This document shows positions 34,636 to 44,400 of a stretch of DNA of 45,840 nucleotides, piece by piece. This stretch comes from an uncultured Acidimicrobiales bacterium (GTDB taxonomy: Bacteria; Actinomycetota; Acidimicrobiia; Acidimicrobiales; SHLQ01). The stretch lies in the NCBI GenBank assembly GCA_937969565.1, contig CALBVR010000098.1:1-45840 (forward strand), given 5' to 3'. The notes beneath the pieces are model-generated. The model had not been told where the DNA came from. It searched no databases and saw only the letters and a program-made list of their open reading frames with translations. The position numbers were made by a program, and so were the translations under genes. How positions within the stretch are numbered: the stretch's first letter is position 1; each line of letters begins with the position of its first letter.

Positions 34636-35294
34636 ACGCAGGCGGCGACGGGGGAGGCGAGCCAGTCGATCCGGCGACGGCGCAGTACTACGAGCAGTTC
34701 GGCGCCGACTCGGTGGATCGGTGGGAGTCCATCCCGCCCGACGCCGGCCTCACTCCGTTCTTCCCGACCGCGTTCCCTCCGGGATCCACGGTGCTTGATA
34801 TCGGTTGCGGGTCGGGCCGTGACCTGGCCCGGCTGTGCGCCGCCGGCCACGAGGTCCATGGTGTCGAGCCGAGCTCATCGCTGCGGCAGCGATGCATTGA
34901 GGAGCATCCCGAGCTTGCGGGCCGCGTTGTCGCTGGCCGTCTGCCGGATCGGCTCGAGCTTCCACAGGACTGGCCGGGTTCGTTCGACGGAATCGTCTGC
35001 TCGGCGGTCCTCATGCACATTCCGACGTCGGAGTTGCCCGCGGTCGCTCGTGCACTCCGAGCGTTGATGCACTCCGGGTCCCGACTGTTGGTTTCCCTTC
35101 CCGCTCTTCGTGCGAAGATCGTGGGCAGGCGCGATCCGCTCGGACGGCTGTTCAGCGGTGTAACGGTGGAGGAGTTGCAATCGGTGTTGGCGCCGTTCGG
35201 GCTGGAGCTGCACACCGCTTGGCTCGGTCGACCCGATGCGCAAGGCCGGCGTGAGAACTCGTGGGATGTGGCGATGTTCGAAGTCTCGAACTAG
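34632..35294 (+). CDS. Class I SAM-dependent methyltransferase
   Basis: Start at ATG 34632, with an ATGA overlap with the ICMT stop. Motif I is VLDIGCGSGRD. Confidence 0.85.
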   Translation: MNAGGDGGGEPVDPATAQYYEQFGADSVDRWESIPPDAGLTPFFPTAFPPGSTVLDIGCGSGRDLARLCAAGHEVHGVEPSSSLRQRCIEEHPELAGRVVAGRLPDRLELPQDWPGSFDGIVCSAVLMHIPTSELPAVARALRALMHSGSRLLVSLPALRAKIVGRRDPLGRLFSGVTVEELQSVLAPFGLELHTAWLGRPDAQGRRENSWDVAMFEVSN

Positions 35295-35361
35295 CCGTTT
35301 CTCGACGGTCACGTGTCGCAATTCGCTCAACTTGTTCGACCATCTCTCCGATCACTCGGCC

Positions 35362-35781
35362 ATGTCCCCGCCACAACCCGCCACGGTCGTGCCGTCCGCG
35401 GCACCGACCAGCCATGCCCCAAAGCGTCCGGCGTCTGTTGTGTCCACCCGATTGCAGCCGCCGGTTCGTCAGAGCCGACTGGCGTCGAAGGTGGGCTCGA
35501 ATCGCATCGCCATCCACGCGGCGCCGAGTCGAGCCGTCTGTCTGACCGCTGGTGCGGTCGGCCTCACCATGGTCTTCCTCGGCTTCGTGGCCGGGTTGAT
35601 TCGTGACGGTTCGTTGATCACGGCGATCGGTCAGGGCGTGTTCACCCCTGTGCTTCCCACGGCGCTTGCCGCGTTGATCGGCTGGGGAAACGAACACCGC
35701 GCTCGCATTGCGTTCAGCCTGATCGGCGCCGCAGTGATTCCCGTGGTGCTGCTGCAGATTCTCGGCTCGCTCGCCGTCTGA
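35362..35781 (+). CDS. Small membrane protein, unknown function
   Basis: 139 aa from ATG 35362. The N-terminus is Pro/Ala-rich, followed by ~3 TM helices. Third-position GC looks coding, but the start is uncertain. Confidence 0.45.
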   Translation: MSPPQPATVVPSAAPTSHAPKRPASVVSTRLQPPVRQSRLASKVGSNRIAIHAAPSRAVCLTAGAVGLTMVFLGFVAGLIRDGSLITAIGQGVFTPVLPTALAALIGWGNEHRARIAFSLIGAAVIPVVLLQILGSLAV

Positions 35782-35844
35782 CCCTCGGGTAGCCGCAAGC
35801 CAGACATCCAAGCTCAGACGGCCATCGGCTGCGACAATCGCCCG

Positions 35845-36501
35845 ATGCTGCATCTCCCTGAACTGCTGCCGGTCGTGCTCGTGCATGGCGGCCTGCACGA
35901 CGACCCGCCGATGACGGGTGCCCGGTTCTGGGAGACGAGTGGTGTGGTTCGCGGCCTTCGCGGCAGGAACGTCGAGGTGGTCGTTCACGAGCGACCGCCG
36001 CAGCCGAGCTCGTGGCACGAAGAGGCGGACGCGCTGGTGGCGACGATCGAAGCGTCGGGTCACGACCGGGTGGCGCTGGTGGCAGGTTCGAACGGTTGCA
36101 GCGTTGCCTTGCGCGTGTTGTTGGACCGACCGGAACTCGTGGCCCGCACCATGTTGTGCTGGCCGGCAACCGCCGGCGATCAGGTGATCGACGAACTCGC
36201 ACGCATCATCATCACGGACGTGCACGGCGTCACGGCGGCCGACGAACTGCTCGCGGGGCGGCCGGTCCGCGGCGTCGACGCGAAGGACCTGACGACCCTG
36301 AACGGCGAGCTCGTCATCTATCCGTCGATGCCGGAGAACAAGGCCCATCAGCGGTCGACGGTGATGGAGCTGCTCGCTTTTGTGCCCGGGTCGATGATGG
36401 TCGGCGGCAGTCCCGAGCCGATCGATGACGACTTCTTCGATCACTGCGAGTCGTTCGTGGCGACGGTCGAGGCCTTCTCGAAGCTTGTGCACGACGACTG
36501 A
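35845..36501 (+). CDS. Alpha/beta-hydrolase-fold protein
   Basis: 218 aa with PVVLVHGG near the N-terminus and a nucleophile elbow LVAGSNGCS (Sm-x-Ser-x-Sm). Confidence 0.65.
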   Translation: MLHLPELLPVVLVHGGLHDDPPMTGARFWETSGVVRGLRGRNVEVVVHERPPQPSSWHEEADALVATIEASGHDRVALVAGSNGCSVALRVLLDRPELVARTMLCWPATAGDQVIDELARIIITDVHGVTAADELLAGRPVRGVDAKDLTTLNGELVIYPSMPENKAHQRSTVMELLAFVPGSMMVGGSPEPIDDDFFDHCESFVATVEAFSKLVHDD

Positions 36502-36527
36502 CCCCGTCGTCCCGGTGTCGCGTTGAC

Positions 36528-36533
36528 TACGGT
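36528..36533 (+). promoter_or_regulatory. -10-like TACGGT, 6 nt before the ATG at 36540
   Basis: TTGAC-TACGGT-caggtg-ATG. Confidence 0.3.
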
Positions 36534-36539
36534 CAGGTG

Positions 36540-39500
36540 ATGGCGAGCACTTCTGCAGATTCTCCGACCGATCCATTCCAGCGCGCACTGTCGGGCCTGG
36601 GCTTCCGAGCGATCGGACCGGCGAGCCGTGGCGGTCGGATCGCCGACCTGGTCGTCCATCCTGAGCGCCCGTCAACCTGGTACGTGGCGGTGGGTTCCGG
36701 GGGTGTGTGGAAGACCACGAACGCGGGCACGACGTGGACACCGATCTTCGATCATCAGCGGTCGTACTCGATCGGTTGCATCGCGCTCGACCCAAATCAA
36801 CCGGAGACGGTTTGGGTGGGAACGGGCGAGGCGGTGAGCGGCCGCCACGTCGCTTGGGGTGATGGTGTCTATCGCAGCCTCGATGGCGGGGCTTCGTGGG
36901 AGCACATGGGCTTGGCGGGCACCGAGCACATCGCCGACATTCTCGTCGATCCGCTCGATGGGGACATCGTGCATGTGGCGGCCGAAGGGCCGCTGTGGTC
37001 GTCGGGCGGGGAGCGGGGTCTGTTCACGACCCGGGACGGTGGTGCCACGTGGGAAGCGTCGTTGACGGTCGACGACGACACCGGCGTCACGTCCGCCGTG
37101 CTCGCACCGGACGATCCGGACACGATCTACGTGGCCACCTATCAGCGGCGTCGGAACGTGCGGGCGTTCATGGGTGGAGGTCCGGGCTCCGGCATTCACG
37201 TGTCGAACGATGGTGGCGAGACCTGGACGAAGGTGACGGAGGGAATTCCCGGCGGCGACCTGGGCAAGATCGGGCTGGCGGTGACTCCGGCCAACCCGGA
37301 CGTCGTCTACGCGACCATTGAAGCGCCGACGGACCCGAAGGCGAAGAAGCCGGGTCGAGGCTTCTACCGATCGATGAACCGCGGTCGGAGCTGGGAGCAT
37401 CGCAACGACTACATCTCCGGCGGCACCGGACCGCACTACTACCAGGAGATCTTTGCGTCGCCGCATGATGTCGACAAGGTGTACCAGGTCGACGTGTTCC
37501 TTCACGTCACGATCGACGGTGGCAAGACGTTCAAGCCGACGGAGACCGGCAAGACGAAGCACAGCGACAACCACGTGGTCTGGATCGACCCGGCCGACCC
37601 GGATCATCTGCTCGTCGGCTGCGACGCCGGCATCTACGAGACGTTCGACGACTGCGTGTCATTCCGGCATGTGCCGAACATGCCGATCTCGCAGTTCTAC
37701 CGAGTGACGGTGGACAACAGTGAGCCGTTCACGAACATCATGGGAGGAGCGCAGGATCTCGGCACGTTGGTGGGCCCGACCCGCACGACTCACGTGGACG
37801 GCGTCCGGAACCACGACTGGTGGGTGCCGCTCGGCGCGGATGGCTATCAGGTCGCCTTCGACCCGCACGAGCCCGACATCAGTTACATGGAGTGGCAGGT
37901 GGGCAACATCATGCGCCACGACCGCCGCACCAATGAGCTCACCGACATCCAGCCGATCGGTGCGCCGGGAGACGACCCGGAACGGTTCAACTGGGACACG
38001 CCGATCGTGCTCAGCCCGCACGTGCCCGGCCGGTTGTACGTGGCCTCGCAGCGGGTGTGGCGCAGCGACGATCGTGGTGATTCGTGGACGCCGATCAGCG
38101 GTGACCTGACCGGTGGTGCGAACCGGTACGAGCTTCCGGTGGGCGATCGGGTGTGGAGTGTCGACGGTCTGTACGACCACATGGCGATGTCGTGGTGGGC
38201 AACGATCACGTCGCTGTCGGAATCGGTCGTGGCGGCCGACGTGCTGTACGTCGGAACCGACGACGGCATCGTGCAGATCTCCGAAGATGGCGGAGGTTCG
38301 TGGCGCCGATCCGGCGATCTTCCCGGGCTTCCCGAAGAAGCGTTCGTCAACGACATCGAGGCGTGCCGCCACAACCCTGACGCGGTCTTCGTGGCGGCCG
38401 ACGATCACAAGAACGGCGACTACACCCCCCACCTCTTCGAGAGCGAGGACCGGGGCGCGTCCTGGCGTTCGATTCGGGGCGACCTCCCGGACGGGATCAT
38501 CATCTGGCAGGTCGAGCAGGACCACGAGGACCCGAACCTGCTGTTCCTCGCAGCCGAGAACGGCCTGTGGGTGACGCTGGACCGTGGCGAGCACTGGCAC
38601 CCGCTCGGCAAGGGTTCGGACGGCGCCGGCGGTGCGGGCGCCACCGTGCCGACGATCTCGATGCGCGACCTCGTGCTGCAACGCCGTGACGACGACCTGG
38701 TGGCGGCGTCGTTCGGCCGCGGGTTCTACGTGTTGGACGACTATTCACCGCTCCGCTCGCTCACCGCCGACGCGCTGGCCGAGCCGGCGGCGCTGTTCCC
38801 GATCCGTCGGGCCTGGCGCTACGTGCCCCACCTCGAGTCGCAGGCCGAGGGTCAGCCAACGCTCGGGTCGACAGCGTGGAAGGCCCCCAACCCAGAGTTC
38901 GGTGCCGTCATCACCTATCACCTGGCCGACGACGTTCACTCCGCTGCTGGCGCCCGACGAGCCCGGGAGAAGACGCTCGATGGCGACGTGCCGTTCCCCG
39001 GGCATGACCAGCTGTTTGAGGAGCATGTGGCGGCCGACCCGGTCGTGCAGCTCGTGGTTCGCTCGCACGACGGTGCCGTCGTGCGGACGGTGCCGGCGCC
39101 GGCCACGGCCGGGCTGCATCGAGTGGCCTGGGACCTTCGCGGCCCGGCGCCGGATCCGATTTCGCTCACGAAGCCCGAGTTCGTCGAACCCTGGGTGACC
39201 GACCCGCAGGGCCCGCTCGTGGCGGCCGGCGCCTACACGGTCGAGCTGACGGTGACCCGCGGTGGCGTGGCCGAGGTGCTCGCGGGTCCCGAGCCTGTCG
39301 AGGTTGTCGATGTGCCCGGCGCAGGGACGCACGACGCCGCCTTCATCGACGAGACGGCAACGCTTGCTCGGACCGTTGCCGGTGCGGCGAAGGAGATTGG
39401 CGCAGCACGGGATCGGGTCACGCACCTGCGGGCCGCCCTCGCCGGAGCAACGGGAGCGGATGCCGAACTCCATGGGCGCCTCGACGCGGTGAACCGACGG

Positions 39501-39770
39501 CTCGAAGCCGTCTCGGTGGCCGTCTTGGGTGACCCCATTCTCCAGAAACTGGAGGAGCCGTTCGCCCCGTCCATCAAGGGGCTGGTCGACCGGGTCGCCT
39601 ACTTCCACTGGATCACCCGGGCGGAGCCGACGGCAACACAACGTGCCGCAATCGAACGAGCTGGCAGTGAGTTCGGCCCGGCGCGAAGCGAACTCGACGA
39701 GGTACTCGCCGACCTGGCCGCGGTGACTGCAGCAATCGACGAGGCCGGCGGCGGTTGGACGCCGCGCTGA
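36540..39770 (+). CDS. BNR/Asp-box repeat, sortilin(VPS10)/GH74-like double beta-propeller protein with ~300-aa C-terminal extension
   Basis: About 10 Asp-box-like motifs (SLDGGASW, TRDGGATW, SNDGGETW, SDDRGDSW, SEDGGGSW, SEDRGASW...). No signal peptide is visible. Confidence 0.85.
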   Translation: MASTSADSPTDPFQRALSGLGFRAIGPASRGGRIADLVVHPERPSTWYVAVGSGGVWKTTNAGTTWTPIFDHQRSYSIGCIALDPNQPETVWVGTGEAVSGRHVAWGDGVYRSLDGGASWEHMGLAGTEHIADILVDPLDGDIVHVAAEGPLWSSGGERGLFTTRDGGATWEASLTVDDDTGVTSAVLAPDDPDTIYVATYQRRRNVRAFMGGGPGSGIHVSNDGGETWTKVTEGIPGGDLGKIGLAVTPANPDVVYATIEAPTDPKAKKPGRGFYRSMNRGRSWEHRNDYISGGTGPHYYQEIFASPHDVDKVYQVDVFLHVTIDGGKTFKPTETGKTKHSDNHVVWIDPADPDHLLVGCDAGIYETFDDCVSFRHVPNMPISQFYRVTVDNSEPFTNIMGGAQDLGTLVGPTRTTHVDGVRNHDWWVPLGADGYQVAFDPHEPDISYMEWQVGNIMRHDRRTNELTDIQPIGAPGDDPERFNWDTPIVLSPHVPGRLYVASQRVWRSDDRGDSWTPISGDLTGGANRYELPVGDRVWSVDGLYDHMAMSWWATITSLSESVVAADVLYVGTDDGIVQISEDGGGSWRRSGDLPGLPEEAFVNDIEACRHNPDAVFVAADDHKNGDYTPHLFESEDRGASWRSIRGDLPDGIIIWQVEQDHEDPNLLFLAAENGLWVTLDRGEHWHPLGKGSDGAGGAGATVPTISMRDLVLQRRDDDLVAASFGRGFYVLDDYSPLRSLTADALAEPAALFPIRRAWRYVPHLESQAEGQPTLGSTAWKAPNPEFGAVITYHLADDVHSAAGARRAREKTLDGDVPFPGHDQLFEEHVAADPVVQLVVRSHDGAVVRTVPAPATAGLHRVAWDLRGPAPDPISLTKPEFVEPWVTDPQGPLVAAGAYTVELTVTRGGVAEVLAGPEPVEVVDVPGAGTHDAAFIDETATLARTVAGAAKEIGAARDRVTHLRAALAGATGADAELHGRLDAVNRRLEAVSVAVLGDPILQKLEEPFAPSIKGLVDRVAYFHWITRAEPTATQRAAIERAGSEFGPARSELDEVLADLAAVTAAIDEAGGGWTPR

Positions 39771-39799
39771 CGCAGGTGACGGGTTGGATCAGCTGGGGG

Positions 39800-39805
39800 T
39801 AGGGT
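39800..39805 (+). promoter_or_regulatory. -10-like TAGGGT, 6 nt before the ATG at 39812
   Basis: TAGGGT-gcgcgc-ATG. Confidence 0.3.
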
Positions 39806-39811
39806 GCGCGC

Positions 39812-40999
39812 ATGCGCGGGCTCAACATTCCAGAAATCGATGAAGACTTCACGGCCGATCCGGTCGAGCTCTTCTTCGACCTTGCATTCGTCTTTGCGTT
39901 CTCCCAGTTGGTCGCACACCTCGTGCACCATCCGACCTGGACCGGGGCGTGGGAAGCGGCGCTGCTCTTCGCCATCTTGTGGCTGCCCTGGTCGTGGTTC
40001 ACGTGGTCGGCCAATGCCGTGCCCGGAAACCAGCGGGCGGTGCGAGCGGTCTTCCTGGTCGCCACCGCCGTGACGGTGCCCATGGCGGCGTCGGTGCAAA
40101 CCGCGTTCGGTTCCGGAGGTGCGACGTTCGCCGTCGCTGGCGCGTTCATCATGCTCATGTCCATCGCGCTCCAGCTCCTGGCCCTGGACCGGGACTCCGA
40201 CACCTACCGCGACGCAATGCGATTGGCGGCACCCACTGCAGCGTCGCTCTCCTTGCTTGTCATCGGTGGGTTCGTCGAGGGCGACGCGCGCGTGGCCATG
40301 TGGGTCGCCATGGTCGTGATCACGCTTGCCGGAACGGCCGCAGCCGGAGGCGGCGAGTGGATCGTGCGCGCCGGCCACTTTGCCGAGCGCCACGGACTGA
40401 TTCTGATCATTGCGTTGGGCGAAGTGATCGTGGCCATCGGCCTTTCGGTCGTCGAGGGATTCGGCGAGGGTGGTGGCCTGACCGGCCCGATTCGCATCGG
40501 CCTGTTCGCCGCCGGCGCTTTTGCCGGTCTGCTGTGGTGGTCCTACTTCGATCGTGTTTTGCCGGCCCTCGAGCACAAGGCCGAACAGCTGACGGAGTTC
40601 CGCGGCCGCTACGCCCGCGACGTCTACACGTGGGCGCACGCACCGATCATCGCCGGCGTGATCACGGCGGCGGCTGCAGTGGAGGAGATCCTCCTGCATC
40701 CGAGCGACCACCTTCATGTCGAGTTTCGCTGGATGTTCGCCATCGGCCTGTCGCTCTACTTCGGCGGCATCGCCATCGCCGTCTGGCGTGCGTGGCGAGT
40801 CGTTGCCCGTGAGCGCCTTGTCGCCTTGGCGGTGATGATCGGCCTCTGTGCGATCTCAGGTTCGTGGGAGGCCGTGTGGCTGCTGGTCGCCATCGACGTG
40901 GTGCTCCTGGTTGCCCTGATCTTCGAGCACCTGCGCATCGAGACCCACAACTCGGCTGCCGAAGCCGAAGCAGCGGCGGCGGAAACCACCGCGAGCTGA
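39812..40999 (+). CDS. Low-temperature-requirement A (LtrA) family membrane protein
   Basis: 395 aa with PVELFFDLAFVFAFSQL and HFAERHGLILIIALGE, which are LtrA hallmarks. Confidence 0.85.
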   Translation: MRGLNIPEIDEDFTADPVELFFDLAFVFAFSQLVAHLVHHPTWTGAWEAALLFAILWLPWSWFTWSANAVPGNQRAVRAVFLVATAVTVPMAASVQTAFGSGGATFAVAGAFIMLMSIALQLLALDRDSDTYRDAMRLAAPTAASLSLLVIGGFVEGDARVAMWVAMVVITLAGTAAAGGGEWIVRAGHFAERHGLILIIALGEVIVAIGLSVVEGFGEGGGLTGPIRIGLFAAGAFAGLLWWSYFDRVLPALEHKAEQLTEFRGRYARDVYTWAHAPIIAGVITAAAAVEEILLHPSDHLHVEFRWMFAIGLSLYFGGIAIAVWRAWRVVARERLVALAVMIGLCAISGSWEAVWLLVAIDVVLLVALIFEHLRIETHNSAAEAEAAAAETTAS

Positions 41000-41008
41000 C
41001 GATGCCGG

Positions 41009-41569
41009 TCAGGCGCAGGCCACGTCTTCGTCCGCAACGGGGACGAACACGAACACGTCGCTGCCTTTGAGCAGGTAGAGCTCGGTCTCGTCGGGCGACG
41101 AGTACATCGCCCGGTCACCGGCGGCCCGAAGCCCGGTGTCGACCGCGTTCGCCGGCAGTTCTCCGAGCACGGATCCGGCGTCGAAGTGCGAGACCGCCTG
41201 ATCGGTGTTGTGGAAGAACTGCGGCTCCCAGTCCTGCTCGGGCGGGACTGCGTTCTCGCCGGTGTACGGCGTGCCGATGGGGACACCGATGGAGATGAAT
41301 TCGGCAGCATCCCATTCGCAGTGGTCGTCGCCGAACCGGTGGAAGACGAATTCGAGGTTGACGGCGCAGCCACCTTCGTCGGTCCAGTTGATGCGGTTCG
41401 ACGAGTCGTCCCGGAACCACTCGGGCTCGGAGCTCAGGTCGGTCCACGAGCCGGCTGGACCGTCACACTCGTCGACGGGTGCGCTGCCAGGGTCTGCGCT
41501 TCCGGTTCCGTCACCACCGCAGGCGGCGAGCAGAACGGCGCCGACCAGCAGCGGGCGAAGAGAGGCCAT
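41009..41569 (-). CDS. Lipoprotein, unknown function
   Basis: 186 aa. Signal peptide with lipobox LLAAC|GG. The mature part is acidic and contains 4 further Cys. Confidence 0.7.
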   Translation of the reverse strand: MASLRPLLVGAVLLAACGGDGTGSADPGSAPVDECDGPAGSWTDLSSEPEWFRDDSSNRINWTDEGGCAVNLEFVFHRFGDDHCEWDAAEFISIGVPIGTPYTGENAVPPEQDWEPQFFHNTDQAVSHFDAGSVLGELPANAVDTGLRAAGDRAMYSSPDETELYLLKGSDVFVFVPVADEDVACA

Positions 41570-41636
41570 GGCGTCAGACTAGGTCAGCATGGCGACGGCC
41601 CAGGCCGTTCTGATGCCGTCGAGCGTGACCGCCACG

Positions 41637-44279
41637 TCATTCCTTCCAATCGAGCGCAGTGGCGCGGATCCCGGTGAGCGAGATCGACCCATCCATCGCA
41701 ACGATGGCGACCGAGCTGTTCACGTCCGCGTCGCCGATACCTCCGGCGGACACGTTCCGGATGTAGGCGAGCTGCTCGCCGGTGGGGGACCAGACGGGCC
41801 ACGACGCTCCAAGTGGATCGGTCGTCATTTGCACGACGTCTTCTGTTTCTAGTGTGGCCACGAACACCTGCTCCACAAGCTTCTCGTCCGGCGACGACAT
41901 CGTCACGAACGCAAGGCGGTCATCGACCGGCGACCAGGTCACGTCGGTCTGCGTGCCGGGGATGTCGTACAGGCGGTAGGCCGGTTCCTCGGAGGTGATG
42001 TCCACCATCCAAATGTCTGCCCGGTCACCGTCGTGCGTTCCCGGCCCGATGAAGGCGATGCGTGTGCCGTCGGGAGACCACGTGGCATCAGTGCTGTCCT
42101 CGTTCGTGGTGAGTTGCGTTCGCTCACCGGTGGAAACCTCGAAGAGGAAGAGATCATCCGCAGATTCCGATCCTCCGTAGTAGACGACGTGGGTCCCTTC
42201 CGGTGACCACGCGCTGTCATAGCCCTCATAGCCGAGGGCAAACGAGCCTTCCGCTCCGTCCTCGACAACGATGTGGTCAGTTCCGTCCGCGTTTCGGATG
42301 GCGATGCCACTGCGTCCGTCGATCTCCGTCTCGTACACAACCCGAGTCCCGTCGGGCGCCCAACTCGGCCGGCCGCTGTAGCGCCCGTCCTCAGCGATCA
42401 CGGAGACAGCGGAACCATCCACGTTCATGCGCAGCAGCGCGGTCCCAGAGTCGGTCTCGCTGGTCCATGCGATCGTCGAACCGTCCGGAGAAAAGCTGCC
42501 GCGATGGTCGTAGCCGTCGTTGTCCGTGAGGACCGTGCGCTCAACCGGCGCACCGGCGCGTAACAACACCATCTCGCGGTCCTCGCCATCGTCTGGGATG
42601 GCCGAAGCGAGGATCGTGCCGCCCCAATCGGGAGCAGACCGGGTCGAGAGGAGGTGACAGTCGTGTTCGTGGATCGTCAGGAGCTGTTCGCGTTCAGCGA
42701 CGTTGTAGCGGATCCCGACGGCGAGCTCGAACTCGTTGGTCTCACTCGAGCATTCGTCGGCGGCAGCCGCATCGAACGCAGCCCGGCTCATGCGTTGGTG
42801 ATGAATCGCTCCGTGGCGGCGATCGATCATCTCGTCCCACGTGGTTGCCGTACTCGCACCGATCGGCCGGTTCATGAGGTCTGGTAACAGATCACACGAC
42901 GACTCGAGTTGCACCGCTGCCGCGAACTCATCGGCATTCGCCGTTCGGACATCCGAGGCAGACGCCCCTTCCAGGAACCCGTTGCATCCCATTTCTGCGA
43001 GGAACCCGAAGAGGGGGAGTGATGCATCGTGCTCTCCGATGGCGCGGTAGACCTGCTCGACCGCTCCATCCCACGTTTCGGTTTGCGTGGCCAGCGAAGC
43101 GCCACCGGCCAGGGAGATGTCGGGCCGAACGGTTCGGCCAACAGGACAGTGGCCGGCGTAGAGGAACGTGAGAATGTCGGGCCCATCAAAGTCGAAAGTT
43201 GTTGCGAGGCAGAGCCCGTCGCCCAGGGTGAGAATCTCGTGGACTGTCGTGCCGAGTTCACCCGAGTTCCAGGTGACCAGATCCTGCGTCGACCACATCG
43301 CGGTCCGCGAGGTCTCATTGGAGTACTCGTTTCGGAACGCGTAGAGGCGATCCCCACTGTCGGCGAACTGGGGGACGTCGGTCCCCCAGGGAGCCGAGAG
43401 ACGTTCGGCTGTCCATTCCACACCATCCACCGAGGTGCTCGTGTAGATCTTCGACCGGTCCACGGGAAGCGCGCCGTTGCCGATCGCCACATACCGCTCA
43501 AGTGTCGTGCTCCAGAAGTAGTGGAGAATGGAGCGAACCTCAGACGCCTCGTCGGCACGTTCGAACGGCCGGGCGATCGTCCACTCGCTCCCGTCGAAGA
43601 ACGCGAGCGCAGGGCCCTTTCGGTGATGCTGACTTCGGGCGACGTGGGTGACGGTCACGCCGTCAGGCCCGTCGATACTCCGGTACGGCTGCATCTCCTG
43701 TAGGTCGTTGTGTGCACCTCGAGGAACGGTCACTGTCTCGGGTTCGACCCGTTCCCAGTCGCCGATGGAGGTGGAGGTCCAGGCCGCAACCGTGGCCGAA
43801 TCGTGCAGAAGCTCGAACACGGTCGTTCCGTTCCGATTCCACAGGTACGAACGCACTTCGCGAAGGTGTCCGAACTCTTCTGTCGCGTCCACGCTCGCTT
43901 GCCACTCGGTTCCGTCGGCGGACTCCAGGATCATGGTTGGCGTCGAGACGATGAACGCGTCGTCACTCACGTGTAGCGCCTGGGGTTGGACGTTCTCGGC
44001 GAGTGGGTGGAAACGCCACTCGGAGGATCCGTCGTGGGTCACCAGCATGGTGGTTTCCTCTGACACGCCAAGCGCCAGCAGGCCGTTGCCTCCGTCCACC
44101 ACGGAATACACGGAGACGGAGCTGTCCCAGCCCGCCAAAGGCCCCCACGGTTGGTCGACCAGTTCCTTGATCCCGTCCGGAGCGGCGAAGGGCAAGGTTG
44201 CCGGGGCCTCCTCGCTGCTGCAGGCCGCCACCATGGTCGCAAACGCGAGCAAGGTCAGGACACGCCCGTACTTCATCAT
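41637..44279 (-). CDS. Large lipoprotein: N-terminal BNR-like propeller, Cys-containing middle region, C-terminal PD40/TolB-like propeller
   Basis: Start at ATG 44279 (MMKYGRVLTLLAFATMVAAC|SS lipobox, GGGGGA RBS). The N-terminal half has Asp-box-like motifs (THDGSSEW, SADGTEW, TSVDGVEW). The C-terminal half has PD40 repeats (FSPDGSTIAW, WAPDGTRVVY, WSPEGTHVVY, WSPDGTRIAF, WSPTGEQLAY). Confidence 0.8.
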   Translation of the reverse strand: MMKYGRVLTLLAFATMVAACSSEEAPATLPFAAPDGIKELVDQPWGPLAGWDSSVSVYSVVDGGNGLLALGVSEETTMLVTHDGSSEWRFHPLAENVQPQALHVSDDAFIVSTPTMILESADGTEWQASVDATEEFGHLREVRSYLWNRNGTTVFELLHDSATVAAWTSTSIGDWERVEPETVTVPRGAHNDLQEMQPYRSIDGPDGVTVTHVARSQHHRKGPALAFFDGSEWTIARPFERADEASEVRSILHYFWSTTLERYVAIGNGALPVDRSKIYTSTSVDGVEWTAERLSAPWGTDVPQFADSGDRLYAFRNEYSNETSRTAMWSTQDLVTWNSGELGTTVHEILTLGDGLCLATTFDFDGPDILTFLYAGHCPVGRTVRPDISLAGGASLATQTETWDGAVEQVYRAIGEHDASLPLFGFLAEMGCNGFLEGASASDVRTANADEFAAAVQLESSCDLLPDLMNRPIGASTATTWDEMIDRRHGAIHHQRMSRAAFDAAAADECSSETNEFELAVGIRYNVAEREQLLTIHEHDCHLLSTRSAPDWGGTILASAIPDDGEDREMVLLRAGAPVERTVLTDNDGYDHRGSFSPDGSTIAWTSETDSGTALLRMNVDGSAVSVIAEDGRYSGRPSWAPDGTRVVYETEIDGRSGIAIRNADGTDHIVVEDGAEGSFALGYEGYDSAWSPEGTHVVYYGGSESADDLFLFEVSTGERTQLTTNEDSTDATWSPDGTRIAFIGPGTHDGDRADIWMVDITSEEPAYRLYDIPGTQTDVTWSPVDDRLAFVTMSSPDEKLVEQVFVATLETEDVVQMTTDPLGASWPVWSPTGEQLAYIRNVSAGGIGDADVNSSVAIVAMDGSISLTGIRATALDWKE

Positions 44280-44400
44280 CGATTCCCCCGATTGGTCCGC
44301 CTGGATCCTCTTCCTCAATCGGCTTCGATGGGGCGAGGTTGAACGGTGGCCTTCGATCGGGTTTCTGGCCGGTGAGGCTGCTCGAGTGTCGAGCTCTCGA

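Noticed and set aside
36511-36533. TGTCG upstream of the BNR-gene -10, considered as a second RecA-NDp motif.
   Set aside because: TGTCG and TACGGT are separated by 7 nt, whereas the motif requires 11 nt.
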